Notes under the pieces: model-generated
Told to the model about the DNA's origin: nothing
The model's input: only the letters and a program-made list of their open reading frames with translations
Databases searched by the model: none
Made by a program: the position numbers and the translations under genes
Source of the DNA: a virus
Lineage: Duplodnaviria; Caudoviricetes
DNA: 37,346 nucleotides
Direction: 5' to 3' (one strand)
IMG/VR virus record: IMGVR_UViG_3300037461_000323
Location: 1 to 37,346 of that record
Shown: piece by piece, positions 17,480 to 29,400 of the stretch
Position numbering within the stretch: position 1 is the stretch's first letter
Layout: every line of letters starts with the position of its first letter

Positions 17480-20400
17480 ATGCCATCACTCGCGCAAGTC
17501 GGTGCGGTAGCAAGCGTATACGGTGTCAACCGCTATGTAAGCGGCATGAGGCAGATCGCGACGGAAACGTCTCGTACCAGCGCCACTGTCCGTACGGCTA
17601 CCAAGCTGATGAGCGGCAATCTCTTCACCGGGCTAGGTGCCGGGTTGAACAATGTTGGTAACCAGATCAAGATGATCGGGAACAACATTGCTCAACTCGG
17701 CTTTGCTTGGAGTACCACCTTCGGCATTCTGGCCGTAGCCGGTCTGAGCGCGATGGTCCGCGCCGGAATGGAGTACGAGCAAACCCTACAGAATATCCGG
17801 CATCTGACTAACTCCTCAGAAGAGGAGATGAACGCTTGGGCGCAGAAGCTACTTGAGCTTGGTCCCAAGCTTGGTAAGATGCCGCAAGAACTGGCGGAGA
17901 GCCTGTACTTTATCAAGTCAGTTGACTTGCGCGGCGTGACGAATCAGCTTGAGGTTCTTGAGGCCACGGCTATGGCTTCGGCCATCGGCATGGGGCAGAT
18001 GGAACCCATTACTAAGTCTGTCGTGTCTATCCTTGAAGTCTATGGCGACACAGGATTGACCGCGACAGAAGCCACGAACGGCCTTCTCGTCTCAATCCGT
18101 CTTGCAGCCTTTGAGGCTGACGGCCTGACCAGATCCTTCGCCCGTGCCCTGCCGTTTGCCAAGGCGGCCGGTATCAGCTTCGGTGAAGCGGCCGGTTTCC
18201 TTGCCATGTACTCCAGAGATGGCGCTTCGGCCGAGATGGCCACAACCGCGCTCATCAACACGCTCAACTTCGTCGTTGACCCGACGCAAGAAGCGAAGGA
18301 CACGCTTGAGGAGTACGGCTGGTCCATCCAGAGCGTTCGTGACTCAATCGCCGGACCGAATGGACTCAACGGTACGCTTGTCGTTCTGGCCGAGACGATG
18401 GGAACGGACATCGCCCGTCTGTTTACAACACGCGCGACATCCGGCGTGCTGGCCGTCACTGATCAGGCTGACGAGTACAGGAGAATCGTTCAGGAGATCG
18501 AAGCGGCCACAGATCTGGCCGTGGGTGAAATCAGCGAACTGGAAGAGGCGTTCCTTGATTACTCAAAGGGCGTGAACTTCGCGTGGAACGCCACGAAGGC
18601 TGGCTTCCAAGCGCTGGCCATTCAGGGCTTTCAGGCGATCAAGGCACCACTGGCGGCCGTCCTTCTCCAGCTAAGAGATTTCTTGGATGTCATCAGGGAG
18701 ATCGTCTACAACAATCCGATGCTGGCTGAGATGGCCCTACGGTTCATCCTGATCTCGGCCGCTATGGGACCGGCGCTCATTATCCTAGGCGCGTTTATCA
18801 GGTCAATCGGAAATGTGATGACCCTGCTTGCCGTCCCCCTGCGGTTCGTCGGCTACATGTTGCAGATTGTCCAGACGAACGCGCTCGGCCTGTTCATCCT
18901 CTTTCATGGTGTAGGGAAGGCGGCCGTCAGGGGGCTGCAAACAGGTCTCCTCAACTCCATGATGGTCATGAGGATGTTTGTCCGCCAGTTGTGGGTGACG
19001 AGAAACGCGGTCTTCGCCCTCACGGCCTCATTCCTTCACCTGAATACTCTCAGCCGCAGGCTGATTAGCGCGAATATCGCTTTCCCGTTCGTTATGCTCG
19101 GCGGGTCAATCATCAGGGCGAACAGGCTGTTCGTTTTGCTGATGACGACTATCAGCCGGGGCGCATTCCGGTTCGCCGCGTTTGTCTCAGCCTTTAATGC
19201 GACCGCGCTTATCGCGAAAGTGACGGCCGTTCGCACAGCCTTTACCGGCTTGGTCTCTTCTGTTGTTGCCAGCAGGTTTGTCGCCATATGGGTTGGCGCG
19301 TTTAACACAATCAGCATGGCGGTATCCGGTCTGGTTGCGCGAATCGCGTTCCTCTTTCCGGCGCTTGGGGCGCAACTATCCAGAATGGGATTCATGCTGA
19401 CTCTCCGGCTTGTTATGCCGGTCCGCGCGGCCGTGGCCGCTGTTGTGTCAGCGTTCAATATTCTCCCGATGGCGTTCGGTCTCGTTCTGGCAGCCGTTCA
19501 CGGAGTCCTGTGGGCTATGGATAGGGCGATCATGGCCGTGCTCAGCCGGATCGCCATGAACATGAGCATCACGATGCTCAAGCTGTGGGACGCGGTGTTC
19601 TTTGCTCTCACGAACATCGCCGGGGCATTGATAACGGCCGTATCTCAGACAGTCGGTCTTGTCCTTACGTCGATGTTCTCGGCCATTATGGCGATGATAC
19701 CCACGGTCATCTCTGCGGCGGCCGCAGCCGTTGGCGCAATCACGTCAATCGCCGGGGCCATCGCCGCCATCGCCGCGCCTGTCGTGGCGGTGGGCGCGGC
19801 CATCGCTGGTGGAATCCTGCTCATCGCTTCTGCGGCCGGGGCCGTCAAGAAAACATTCACTCGTGTCCGGTCGGACTTGAACCGCATCGCCCCTACTATC
19901 GGCGGGGACATGCGCGGCCACGGCCGGAACATCATTGAGCAGTTCGCTCAGGGTATGCTTGACGGCCTGATCGCTGTCGTTCAGGCACTCCGCTATATTG
20001 GAAGAGTCATCAAGTCTTGGCTGCAACCCGGCTCACCGCCTAAGCTTTTGCCTGACCTGACCATTTGGGGTAGCGGGGCGATGTCAGCCTACATGGAAGG
20101 CTGGTCAGAGTTCGACTTCTCCGCGTTCAGCGAGATCTCTGACAAGTTCCGGCAGTTCTTTACCTCTCTCCTGCCAGCAGACGCGACCGCTCTGGATGAG
20201 GCGAACGTCATCGGAAGCCTGATTGAGTTCAGGGACTTGATGGCATCCGCGTTCAACGAGATCGATGCTGTCGGTATGGTGTCTGATACCATATGGGCCT
20301 CAATCAACGCTGGACTACAGGGCGCGTCTCAGGAAATGCAGAACTACGTGCGCCTGACACTGATGGCGGCCGAAGCGCAAGAGCGTGTCAAGGAGATTCA

Positions 20401-22885
20401 GGAACAGATCAATGCGGTTCAGGCGCAGTTCTCCGAGCAGCTTGCGCCGATTGACAAGCGGCTGGCCGAGATCGCTGACATCCGGCAAGAGGCTGTCGAT
20501 GATGACCGCATCAAGGAACTCGAACGCATCATCGCGGACCCGCGTGCCAGCGAACGGGCCAAGATGCTGGCCGCTCTGGAGATTGAGGAGATCGGCCTAC
20601 AGGCAGACAAGGCCGAGATCGAAGAGGAGAGAGATCTACAGCTTGAGGCTCTTCAGGCGCAGCTTGACCTTGCTCAGTCCGAGTACGAGCAGATAGCGTA
20701 CCAAGCGCAACTGGCCGAAGAGATGCTGGCTCTGCAAATTGAGCAGAACGAGCTAATGCGCGAGTGGGCCAAGGCTTTGCAAGAGGCAGAGGAAGAGGCG
20801 GCGGCGGCCGAAGAGGAAGCGGCGGCCGGGGAAGGGGAGTTCGTCGGTGGCGCGTTCCCCGAAGTTGGGGAACCGCCCGACTTGGGAGATCTAGGCGATC
20901 TTGAGGGGCTTGACTTCGGTGATCCGACACGCGCTCTGGATACGAAGCTGCAAGAACTGAGAGAAGAGCTTGGCGGCCTTGCCAGCGATGTGGCTGGTAT
21001 CGGCCAGTTGATTTGGGAACGGATGAATGACCTGTGGAACAGTCGGCTCAAGCCGATATGGGATGGAATCATCAACCATCCGTTCGTTCAGGAGATCTGG
21101 CAGACACTACAGGATACCGTTGGCAATACGATAGACAGGTTCAACGAGATGAAACCGTCGCTTGATGGCGTGAGCCAAGCGATGGACTCCCTGCGGCCGC
21201 TGGCCTACACGCTTGGCTTGATCGTCGTCTCTCTGGTCAATGCCTTCGGGAATTTAATCACGAACCTTGGCGGCATCTTCGGCTCAATCCTGACTAGGCT
21301 AACCGAACTAGCGCCTAGCATCGATCAAACATTCGGTGGAATTCGGGACATCATCAGCGGTGTCATGCGGATGATCAACGGGGACGTAGAGGGTGGATTT
21401 GAGGAATTGAAGGGCGGAATACAACAAGCCTTGTTTGGAGTCCTCAGCTTCATAGGCACTCTATTTGCCGGTATAGTGGACATCGGTATCAGGATCTTAG
21501 CATCTGTCGCAGATTTCGTATTAACCTTCGTAGACAGGATTCTACAGGGCATACAAGAGGCCACAGGAATCAACACGGAGAAGCTTCGCGCATGGATTGA
21601 GGAAGCTAAGCTGTGGCTTCAAGAACTGCTCACAAACACTGACAACATCGGCCTTCTTCTGTGGCAGAAGATGGTGGAGATCTGGAACTCCATCGTTGAG
21701 AGCGTGAGAACGAAGTGGGAAGAGATACGCCTTGCCATCGCTGAGAAGGTAGAGGCCATCCGGGCGGCGATAGCGGAGAAGGTTGAGCTAATTAAAGCGC
21801 CGTTCGTGTCACTGGCCGAGCGAGTCACCGAGTTCGCCACGAAAGTGGGGGAGACGCGGGACCGCGTTGTCACGTCAATGGAAGAGATGAAGGCCGGAGT
21901 AGACGAGAAGTTCGCGTCTATCCGGGAGTTCATACAGTATCTCGTTGACAGATTCCAGTATATGCGCGACAGGATTCAAGCGTTCAAGGATCTGGTCATC
22001 GGTGACATGACGATCCTTGCTCAGAGGTTGCTGGACAAGTTCATTGAGATCACGGGCGGCATAGATAAGTGGCAGATACGTATTGACACCTTCCGACGCG
22101 GCTTTGAAGTGTTTAAGACGCTCATCAATCTCTACATGGAGAATGTCCGCGACCGATTCAGTATATTGATAGAAGCGATCATCGGCTTCTTCAAGGATCT
22201 GGCCGAGAGGGTTGAAGTTCACGTCTTGGCTTCGTTCCGCAAGTTCAAGGCCGAAGCAATCCTTGTCTTCAATGCGTTCAAGGAAATCATCATCGACAGG
22301 ATACAGCTTGTCATAGATATCTTCACGGCGCTAGAAGAGTTCGTCAAGGGCGCGTTGACGAAAGCGATTTCCGATTTCAAGGAATATGCTGTTGGGTGGA
22401 TACAAACAGTCAAGGCTCAGATCGTTGGGAACGTTGAGGCAATGATAGGCGCTTTCAACTCCTTCATGGGCACGATTGAGGGTATATACAACTGGCTGAG
22501 AACCCACGTGTTCCGTATCCAGACAGAGGGCGACCTGCCAAGCGTCGGCGGATCTGGCGGGGGTGGCGGCGGCAATGCGCCACCGGGCGGTTATCCGCAG
22601 GCGGCTCGTGGCGGCTTCTTCAGGAAAGGGAAGCCGGTATGGGTCGGCGAAGAGGGGATCGAGCTATTCGTTCCACATGATAACGGCTCGGTGGTTCCCA
22701 ATAATCGCCTAGAGAAGCTGATGAGAAGTCTCTATATTATGCGACCAGAAGGAGCAATGATGATAGGCAACAGCGCGCCAATGATTTCGTTCGGAGATAC
22801 GTATATAGACAACTCTCTCGACGCGATTAAACTTGAGGCCAGAATACGAAGTGTCGTCATTCGGATGATGGATAGACAGAGGTAG
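17480..22885 (+). CDS. Tape measure protein (1801 aa)
   Basis: TP901-like core, long hydrophobic segment, coiled coil, W/F-periodic amphipathic region, terminal ARGG...VGEEGIELFVP motif. Confidence 0.93.
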   Translation: MPSLAQVGAVASVYGVNRYVSGMRQIATETSRTSATVRTATKLMSGNLFTGLGAGLNNVGNQIKMIGNNIAQLGFAWSTTFGILAVAGLSAMVRAGMEYEQTLQNIRHLTNSSEEEMNAWAQKLLELGPKLGKMPQELAESLYFIKSVDLRGVTNQLEVLEATAMASAIGMGQMEPITKSVVSILEVYGDTGLTATEATNGLLVSIRLAAFEADGLTRSFARALPFAKAAGISFGEAAGFLAMYSRDGASAEMATTALINTLNFVVDPTQEAKDTLEEYGWSIQSVRDSIAGPNGLNGTLVVLAETMGTDIARLFTTRATSGVLAVTDQADEYRRIVQEIEAATDLAVGEISELEEAFLDYSKGVNFAWNATKAGFQALAIQGFQAIKAPLAAVLLQLRDFLDVIREIVYNNPMLAEMALRFILISAAMGPALIILGAFIRSIGNVMTLLAVPLRFVGYMLQIVQTNALGLFILFHGVGKAAVRGLQTGLLNSMMVMRMFVRQLWVTRNAVFALTASFLHLNTLSRRLISANIAFPFVMLGGSIIRANRLFVLLMTTISRGAFRFAAFVSAFNATALIAKVTAVRTAFTGLVSSVVASRFVAIWVGAFNTISMAVSGLVARIAFLFPALGAQLSRMGFMLTLRLVMPVRAAVAAVVSAFNILPMAFGLVLAAVHGVLWAMDRAIMAVLSRIAMNMSITMLKLWDAVFFALTNIAGALITAVSQTVGLVLTSMFSAIMAMIPTVISAAAAAVGAITSIAGAIAAIAAPVVAVGAAIAGGILLIASAAGAVKKTFTRVRSDLNRIAPTIGGDMRGHGRNIIEQFAQGMLDGLIAVVQALRYIGRVIKSWLQPGSPPKLLPDLTIWGSGAMSAYMEGWSEFDFSAFSEISDKFRQFFTSLLPADATALDEANVIGSLIEFRDLMASAFNEIDAVGMVSDTIWASINAGLQGASQEMQNYVRLTLMAAEAQERVKEIQEQINAVQAQFSEQLAPIDKRLAEIADIRQEAVDDDRIKELERIIADPRASERAKMLAALEIEEIGLQADKAEIEEERDLQLEALQAQLDLAQSEYEQIAYQAQLAEEMLALQIEQNELMREWAKALQEAEEEAAAAEEEAAAGEGEFVGGAFPEVGEPPDLGDLGDLEGLDFGDPTRALDTKLQELREELGGLASDVAGIGQLIWERMNDLWNSRLKPIWDGIINHPFVQEIWQTLQDTVGNTIDRFNEMKPSLDGVSQAMDSLRPLAYTLGLIVVSLVNAFGNLITNLGGIFGSILTRLTELAPSIDQTFGGIRDIISGVMRMINGDVEGGFEELKGGIQQALFGVLSFIGTLFAGIVDIGIRILASVADFVLTFVDRILQGIQEATGINTEKLRAWIEEAKLWLQELLTNTDNIGLLLWQKMVEIWNSIVESVRTKWEEIRLAIAEKVEAIRAAIAEKVELIKAPFVSLAERVTEFATKVGETRDRVVTSMEEMKAGVDEKFASIREFIQYLVDRFQYMRDRIQAFKDLVIGDMTILAQRLLDKFIEITGGIDKWQIRIDTFRRGFEVFKTLINLYMENVRDRFSILIEAIIGFFKDLAERVEVHVLASFRKFKAEAILVFNAFKEIIIDRIQLVIDIFTALEEFVKGALTKAISDFKEYAVGWIQTVKAQIVGNVEAMIGAFNSFMGTIEGIYNWLRTHVFRIQTEGDLPSVGGSGGGGGGNAPPGGYPQAARGGFFRKGKPVWVGEEGIELFVPHDNGSVVPNNRLEKLMRSLYIMRPEGAMMIGNSAPMISFGDTYIDNSLDAIKLEARIRSVVIRMMDRQR

Positions 22886-22886
22886 A

Positions 22887-25055
22887 ATGTCTTTATTAAG
22901 AATACGTGGATACACAAAAGGAATATCGTTATCGACGGCCGGTAATTCTGTCTACAACATCTCATCATACGCTATGGGAGTGCCGGTTACTGATGACGAG
23001 AGATCCGGCGCAACGGCATACTGTGAAGACTCCCTGACCTTTCAGATCGTTGGCAAGAATGCGGCGTCAGTATCAAGGGCTGTGAGCAACCTGTATAAAG
23101 CGCTTACTGAGGCCAAGCGCTTCGGGAACGCGGAGTCGGCCATTCCGGTATACCTTGAAATCGTACCAAATGAGGCGGTTGGGGAGGCTGTACAAACTCG
23201 CACGTTATGGGCAGTTGTGCTCGATTTTGATTTCCACGAACTCAACGACCCGCTCGACTCAGTCAACGGAAACGTTATTCGAGATGCTACTTTGGCAATC
23301 AAACGAACCGTGTGGGGAAGTGTTCCGCCACAAGAGTCGCCAAACGCTTTTAGCTACCCGGTAGAAGAGGATGGTCTGGCAACAAGTTCGTTTGACTTCG
23401 CGCGAGTCATCATCTCTCAGAGTAGATGGCGCTCGACCGGTGTTTGGCACAACCCTACCTACGGATTTGACGAACACAAGGCTCTTTACACGAACAACCA
23501 TTTTCGCCAGAATAACATTGATTACGTGGCGAACCTGCTACTCCCGAATGCGGTGAACATACAGCCGACAGTCTTCGTTAATGACTATCCGTTCGGGAAT
23601 CTGGCGACGACACTCAATGTCTCCTTCGGATCTGTTCAAAGATTTAATGCCATTGCTGTCGAACTCGGGGCCGCAACCGGAAAGACGATGTCAGATCTAA
23701 ATCTTGCTTATTGGAACGGATCTGCGTGGATAACAATACCCAAGAACAAGATAACAGATTTCTTCGATCTCGGATCGACTGGCCAGAAGTACATCCAGTG
23801 GGTATCTCCGGAGGGAGACTGGGTTAAGGAAAACGTCAATGGGATGAACGCTTACTGGGTGAAGCTTTTGGCCACCCCGTCATCCGGTTCGTTCACCACT
23901 CAGCCTAGGCAGGACCAGCAGTTGATTCATACGCCGAGTCTTCCATACGTCGATGTAGTCGAGCCTGTCGGCGGAGATGTAAATAGTCCTCTTGCAATCC
24001 GGATCATTCCGCTTGAACCTTGGAAGCACGTCACAGAAGATCCGGAGATGATGTCAACCCAATACAACAAGCTCATGGACTCAGTCATTATCGCGTCGTC
24101 CAGACTCATTGAACCAGATAGACATGTGCAAGATCCGGGAGTTGGTTTTTATACGCTGGCTCAGGATGCGACGATCTCTCCGGCCACCCTGTCGAACGGC
24201 GCGGTGTGGCAACAAAACCCGATGGAACCCGGTTCCTTTGCGGCATATCCTTTTTCAGAGAGCACGGACGGCCACTACGTGAGAATTATCAAAATGAACG
24301 TTCCGGCACGGCCGGGTGCCTACCGGATATTCGTGCGCTACAGGGTGACGGCGCCCGGAACGCAGACCGGCCGCATCAGCTTTAGGGTGGCTGTGTCTGA
24401 GGCGCTAAAACCAGAGACAGTGGATCTGCCCGTTAAGTCGATCAAGACCGCGCCACACAATGTCAATCTGGACGCGATGTACGCTGGACATACCGGGACG
24501 ACACTGCTGGCCGATATGGGTGTTGTCAGCTTGGCACCAGACGTACTAAGAAACCCGATTGACATGCCCTACAGCGTCGGTCTGTCAATCGAAGTAAAGA
24601 CGGCCGACTTCACTCAGGGAAAGCTTGCCTTCGTTGATGTAATCACACTTCCGGTCAACGAGTATTACACGGTAATAGAGGGCCAGAGACCGATTCTACC
24701 AATTCACCACGTCAGGAACTCCGGCGTTGTAAATAGAGAGGATGCGGCGAAGGGGGTGTTGTTTCAGCCAGTGTATCTGGCTGAAGACCTGCTCCACATT
24801 ACCGGGATGCCACACGTTGGTACGCGCGCGTACGTTTCTTCGTCACACACATGGGGTGCAAGTCGAAGGGCCATAGCGACGCAACTTGCTGTAATCGGGG
24901 GCGGGAATATGACTATCGAGCCGGATTACGGCCGCCGATTCTGGTTCTTGTGGTACAAAAGGCAGGCCGACGGAGTTGTTTACTCGGATATATCCCACAA
25001 AGCGGGTGTTCAGATGTTCGCTTCTAGGAACTACATCACATTACCACCATCATGA
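22887..25055 (+). CDS. Putative distal tail protein with inserted beta-sandwich domains
   Basis: First gene after the tape measure, 722 aa, beta-rich (YWNGSAW, YWVKL). Confidence 0.55.
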   Translation: MSLLRIRGYTKGISLSTAGNSVYNISSYAMGVPVTDDERSGATAYCEDSLTFQIVGKNAASVSRAVSNLYKALTEAKRFGNAESAIPVYLEIVPNEAVGEAVQTRTLWAVVLDFDFHELNDPLDSVNGNVIRDATLAIKRTVWGSVPPQESPNAFSYPVEEDGLATSSFDFARVIISQSRWRSTGVWHNPTYGFDEHKALYTNNHFRQNNIDYVANLLLPNAVNIQPTVFVNDYPFGNLATTLNVSFGSVQRFNAIAVELGAATGKTMSDLNLAYWNGSAWITIPKNKITDFFDLGSTGQKYIQWVSPEGDWVKENVNGMNAYWVKLLATPSSGSFTTQPRQDQQLIHTPSLPYVDVVEPVGGDVNSPLAIRIIPLEPWKHVTEDPEMMSTQYNKLMDSVIIASSRLIEPDRHVQDPGVGFYTLAQDATISPATLSNGAVWQQNPMEPGSFAAYPFSESTDGHYVRIIKMNVPARPGAYRIFVRYRVTAPGTQTGRISFRVAVSEALKPETVDLPVKSIKTAPHNVNLDAMYAGHTGTTLLADMGVVSLAPDVLRNPIDMPYSVGLSIEVKTADFTQGKLAFVDVITLPVNEYYTVIEGQRPILPIHHVRNSGVVNREDAAKGVLFQPVYLAEDLLHITGMPHVGTRAYVSSSHTWGASRRAIATQLAVIGGGNMTIEPDYGRRFWFLWYKRQADGVVYSDISHKAGVQMFASRNYITLPPS

Positions 25056-26179
25056 AATACAGGATATCGGTTGGTAGCTGCTTGATGCAGATGTTTGGGT
25101 CAAATAATCAGATCGATAGATCTCAGATTGTCTCTATCGACGATCCGTCGAACATCTCGTTCTCAACCGTTATGTTCGGCGGATATGATTCCGCAAAATT
25201 CGATATACCGCTCGATCACATGTGGGCAAGTATGTCTTCCGTCTTATTTGGATCGGACATCAGGATATACGACGATCACGGTGTTCAGGTATGGGAAGGG
25301 TTCGCCAACAAGGTGTCGATAAGCAGCGGGGCAAGTCTGATTTCTATTGGGCCGCTCATGGAAATATCAAATAGGATAAATCTGCGGTACACGACCTACA
25401 GATGGAATACCAACCCACCAACTGGTGGAGACGAAGAAGAGACAGGTTTCATCATCGGCACAGAAGAAGCCAAGGCGTCCCTAAATACATGGGGGTCCCT
25501 GTCAGAGATCATCTCTGCGCCAAGGGAGATGTCTACGGATGAAGCACTGGAGGCGGTGATGGGGATTCTTCGGACCAAACCAAATCCGAAGTACGAGTTC
25601 TCCATATCTGACTCTAATGGTCAAGAATCCATCACGATAGAGTGTCTTGGGTACTTTCACCTGCTCAATAAGATGATCTCCGACTACTACAATAACGCGG
25701 ATATCAGACCGGCCAACGAAGTGATCTCGCACCCGTTTTCTCACGCTGGTATCTTCTTCGATATGTCCGGCGTTGAGCCAGTGGGTTACGAGTTGGCGCT
25801 ATATAACGCGGAGATCGAGACATCATTTGATTTCATCGAGTCCGCATACGAGCATGTTAATGCCCTGTCCGACTATGGGTTTACGTTAGGCGTATACAAC
25901 AATCGGACGGTTTACTTTAGCGAGATAAAGAGACCTGACTGGCCCAGCGTGTTCGTGTCGGCCTCTACCGGCGAATTGGCGCAAGGATTCGGGATACCGC
26001 GGCCGTCTTATGTTGTGCCCGGCATGTGGGCGCAAGCGGTCGATTTTCCAACGTATATATCAGCCGCCAAGCAAGAACCGTTCATTGTGTCCGGCATAGA
26101 GGTCGCGGGTGATAGGGCATCCATCAATGCGAGTACGTTTTCTGCCCTAGACAAGATTCTAGGAGAGAGAGGTCTGTAA
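25052..26179 (+). CDS. Putative baseplate hub / Tal-like tail protein
   Basis: ATGA overlap. GGYDSAKFDI...IRIYD...VWEG pattern of hub proteins. 375 aa. Confidence 0.55.
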   Translation: MKYRISVGSCLMQMFGSNNQIDRSQIVSIDDPSNISFSTVMFGGYDSAKFDIPLDHMWASMSSVLFGSDIRIYDDHGVQVWEGFANKVSISSGASLISIGPLMEISNRINLRYTTYRWNTNPPTGGDEEETGFIIGTEEAKASLNTWGSLSEIISAPREMSTDEALEAVMGILRTKPNPKYEFSISDSNGQESITIECLGYFHLLNKMISDYYNNADIRPANEVISHPFSHAGIFFDMSGVEPVGYELALYNAEIETSFDFIESAYEHVNALSDYGFTLGVYNNRTVYFSEIKRPDWPSVFVSASTGELAQGFGIPRPSYVVPGMWAQAVDFPTYISAAKQEPFIVSGIEVAGDRASINASTFSALDKILGERGL

Positions 26180-26460
26180 TGCCGAAGTTTTCTAGCCAAA
26201 ATTCTCGTGTCAGAGCAAACATCATGACTAATTCTGCGCCAAGGCAGCGGGTTGTCGCTGGCGTGCTGTACTACTGGGTTGGATATTGGGTTCCGGCGTC
26301 GGCCGTCGAAAACATAAGCTACAACGATTCAAACGGGAACGATTCGGAGCGGTACGTTATAAAAGTAGAAGTGATAGACGGCGTGCTAAGGGCTGTCGCC
26401 TACCCCGCGTCACCCGTCATGATCGGGTCCGACCCACCAGTAGAAGGAGATTTGTACTAA
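26179..26460 (+). CDS. Small hypothetical tail-region protein
   Basis: TAATG overlaps at both ends. Confidence 0.65.
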   Translation: MPKFSSQNSRVRANIMTNSAPRQRVVAGVLYYWVGYWVPASAVENISYNDSNGNDSERYVIKVEVIDGVLRAVAYPASPVMIGSDPPVEGDLY

Positions 26461-29400
26461 TGGCAACGTATTACGTTCAGGCGGGTGTCGGGTCTGGCGG
26501 TAATGGATCGTCCGGCAATCCGTTCAAGGACATAAACGCAGCCGATGCGGCCGCATCACCCGGAGATACCATTCGCGTTCGTCCGGGTAAATACGCATCC
26601 GGCCAAGCTATCTACACGAATAACACAACATGGCTGGCGGATACCCCGTCAAATAGGCCGGTCATAGATGGTGGTTATCATATCGGTCTGGCCGTTAAAA
26701 CATTCAATGGCCAAAAGAACGCGATGCCTGCGCCAACCGGATCGACGACCTGTCTCCGCATCAAGGGCGATAACGTAACGGTCGATGGCTTCGTTTGCCA
26801 GAATAGCGAGTATCACGGTATCGGGATATCCGGGGATAACGTGACCGTTAAAAATTGTACGACCTACTTCACGTACGTAAACGGTATCTTCTCGAACGCA
26901 AACAAGCCGGGCGGGACTATCGGCCTGACAATCGAAAACTGTCAGATCTATATGGCATCTATCCGCTATACTGCCGGGCCGACCGGGGCCGGACCAACCG
27001 GAGAGGCGGGTCAGCAGGGTGGGGCCGGGATGCTCCTTGGCGATATGCGCCCACCAGTTCACGTAAACGGGTTGACGGTGGGCTACTGCTTTGGAGAGGG
27101 ACTTGATATCGACAAGGGTTCCCGTGGCACGGAGCAGAATCCTCTCCTGTTCGAGAATCTAAGACTATTCAATTGCAATCATACCCCGCTTTACTTCAAC
27201 AGGACGGCGTGGGTTGTCGTACGCAACTTCGTGTCCTATTTTACCGATGTCGGGATAACGGTCCACGGCGGCGAGAAAGGATTGGCCAATGTGTGCCTTC
27301 GCGTTAAGGACGAGACAGAGAAGAGCGGCGTCAGAACGGAGAATATCGCCATCTATAACGGCATTGTCGTCAACGGTGGTGGATTGATCTCTTGGGGCGG
27401 CGGATCGGGCACGAACGATATGAACGGGGCGCGTGTAACGGAGACCAGAAACTTTTATTTAGGGCACGTAACGGCCGTTGTTGGTCCACACGCAGATCAG
27501 CCAGCGATCCTGATTGGCGCAAACCCCGGCAGGGAGCAGCAGGGCCTGCTTGAGAACTGCATCTTCGATAACTCTATCGGGGAGAACTTCCCCCTATCCA
27601 AGACGTCCGGAACAGTGAAGGTTGTCACCAGAAATAATAACTGGCACACGCCGCCCAGTTCGTACTTTGCAGAACCGACTAATGTTGTCGGATCTCCTGG
27701 GCTGGTGAACCCGACAAAGGTCCTCAGGACAACCGGATACCCCAACCCGAATGCGGTAAACTACTCTCAATTCAATCCGACAGACAACTTTAACGCTAAT
27801 GACTATCGGCCGACCGCGCAATCTCCGGGAATCAACAAAGGTTCCACAGCGGGAAGCGCAGGCGGAACAACCGTTCCAAGTCAGGCGAGACAAAAGGATT
27901 ACGGTGGCGCGAATCGTTCCGGAGTCCCGGATATTGGCGCGTGGGAGTACGGCGGGGTTATTGTGGACCCACCGGATGGAGAGGTCTTCGCCCTCTTCTC
28001 GGCATCAGATACATCCGTCCTTGTCGGGGAGACAGTAAGCTTCACTGACAACTCTTCTGCGACCGGAGACGCGAGTATATCAAAGAGAACTTGGTACTTT
28101 GGGGACGGGGCAACCAGTTCTGCAACTAACCCAACTCATACCTATAACCAACCGGGTTCGTACGTCGTCAGACTTGTAGTAGAGGATACGTCCCTGTTCC
28201 TGTCATCAGAGTATCAGGTAACGATCAACGTGGATACAGCAGTCTCGCCCCCCGGTGGCGGCGTGGTATTCGCTACTGCGCGCGTGGTGCTGCCTACTAC
28301 AAGCACGGCCGGCCAGACAATTACGGCCCCCGAGCTTGACGGTCTCGTTCCGAAGTCGGCAAGACTCTACCTGACAAGGACGACGGCAAACAATACAGCC
28401 GTCAGTGGAGAGATGCTGTCCATCGGGTTCTTTGCGGATGCGGGACAATCTGGTGGCGGGACGAAGGGGAACGCCATAAGCACCAGCACAAAGCATGGTA
28501 GCGCAGCTACGGTAGCCAAGACGTTCATGGGAAGTGAGTCAGGCATGATACTGTCCGACCCGGACTTCGGCGCGTTCGGTGCTATGTATCATGTTGAGTG
28601 GGTACCGAACGGGATGGTAGTCAGCTACAGCGTTGTGCCGGGATACGAAGAGCCATTTCTGCTCACCGTTGTCTTCTGCGCGGGGAACCAGTATCACGCC
28701 AGAGTGATAGAGACGGAACTTAATAATACGGGGGTGGCACCAATCATCTCTCCCGGATTCTCGGCCGACGTAGCTACGTTCCTCTCGTCGTCTCGGTACA
28801 TAGCGATAAACGATCAAGACTCCATCATGTCGATTGGGTACGCGGATAGAAATGGCAATAGCGCGGCTGTCATGAGGTATGCGGGGTCGGGGATCAGCCC
28901 GATTCGGTACACAGAGTCTCTCAATGGCTCAGAGGTCTCCAGACGCCCGTCTGGAGACGGGTACTCCATTGTGAAGGTGCAGTCATTTACGTCGGCGGGA
29001 GTGACTCTTGAGGTGACGGAAAACGATTTCAATGCGCCAATCGCCGTCCTGATGGAGTCATTCGGTGAATCGAGAGCAAAAGTGGGTGTGACAAACGCTC
29101 AGGCGGCAGCAAATGTGCTTGGCTGGCAACCTCAGTATATCGAGCATGTTGTTACATGGAGAGGGGCGGAGGGAATCGGATCGAACAACAAGGCCGGGAC
29201 CATCGGCGTCCATGTTGCCGTTGATGGCGAAGAGTACACAAACTTAATCAGCGGCAGGCACAATGTAACACCGGCCGAAAGTCGTGGGATGACTTCTGAC
29301 TCCATAACTGTCCTCAATAATATCGGGACCGTCTCCGCTAGGGGAACGACCTCTTTTAGCGGAACGGGGTACTCATACAATTGGACTACGGGGCCATACG

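Noticed and set aside
22545-22600. GGC-rich run suggesting a simple repeat or G-quadruplex
   Set aside because: It encodes a Gly linker in the tape measure C-terminus.
26286-26459. 58-aa basic N-terminal extension of the tailspike ORF
   Set aside because: It overlaps ORF 26179-26460. The RBS and TAATG coupling support ATG 26460.
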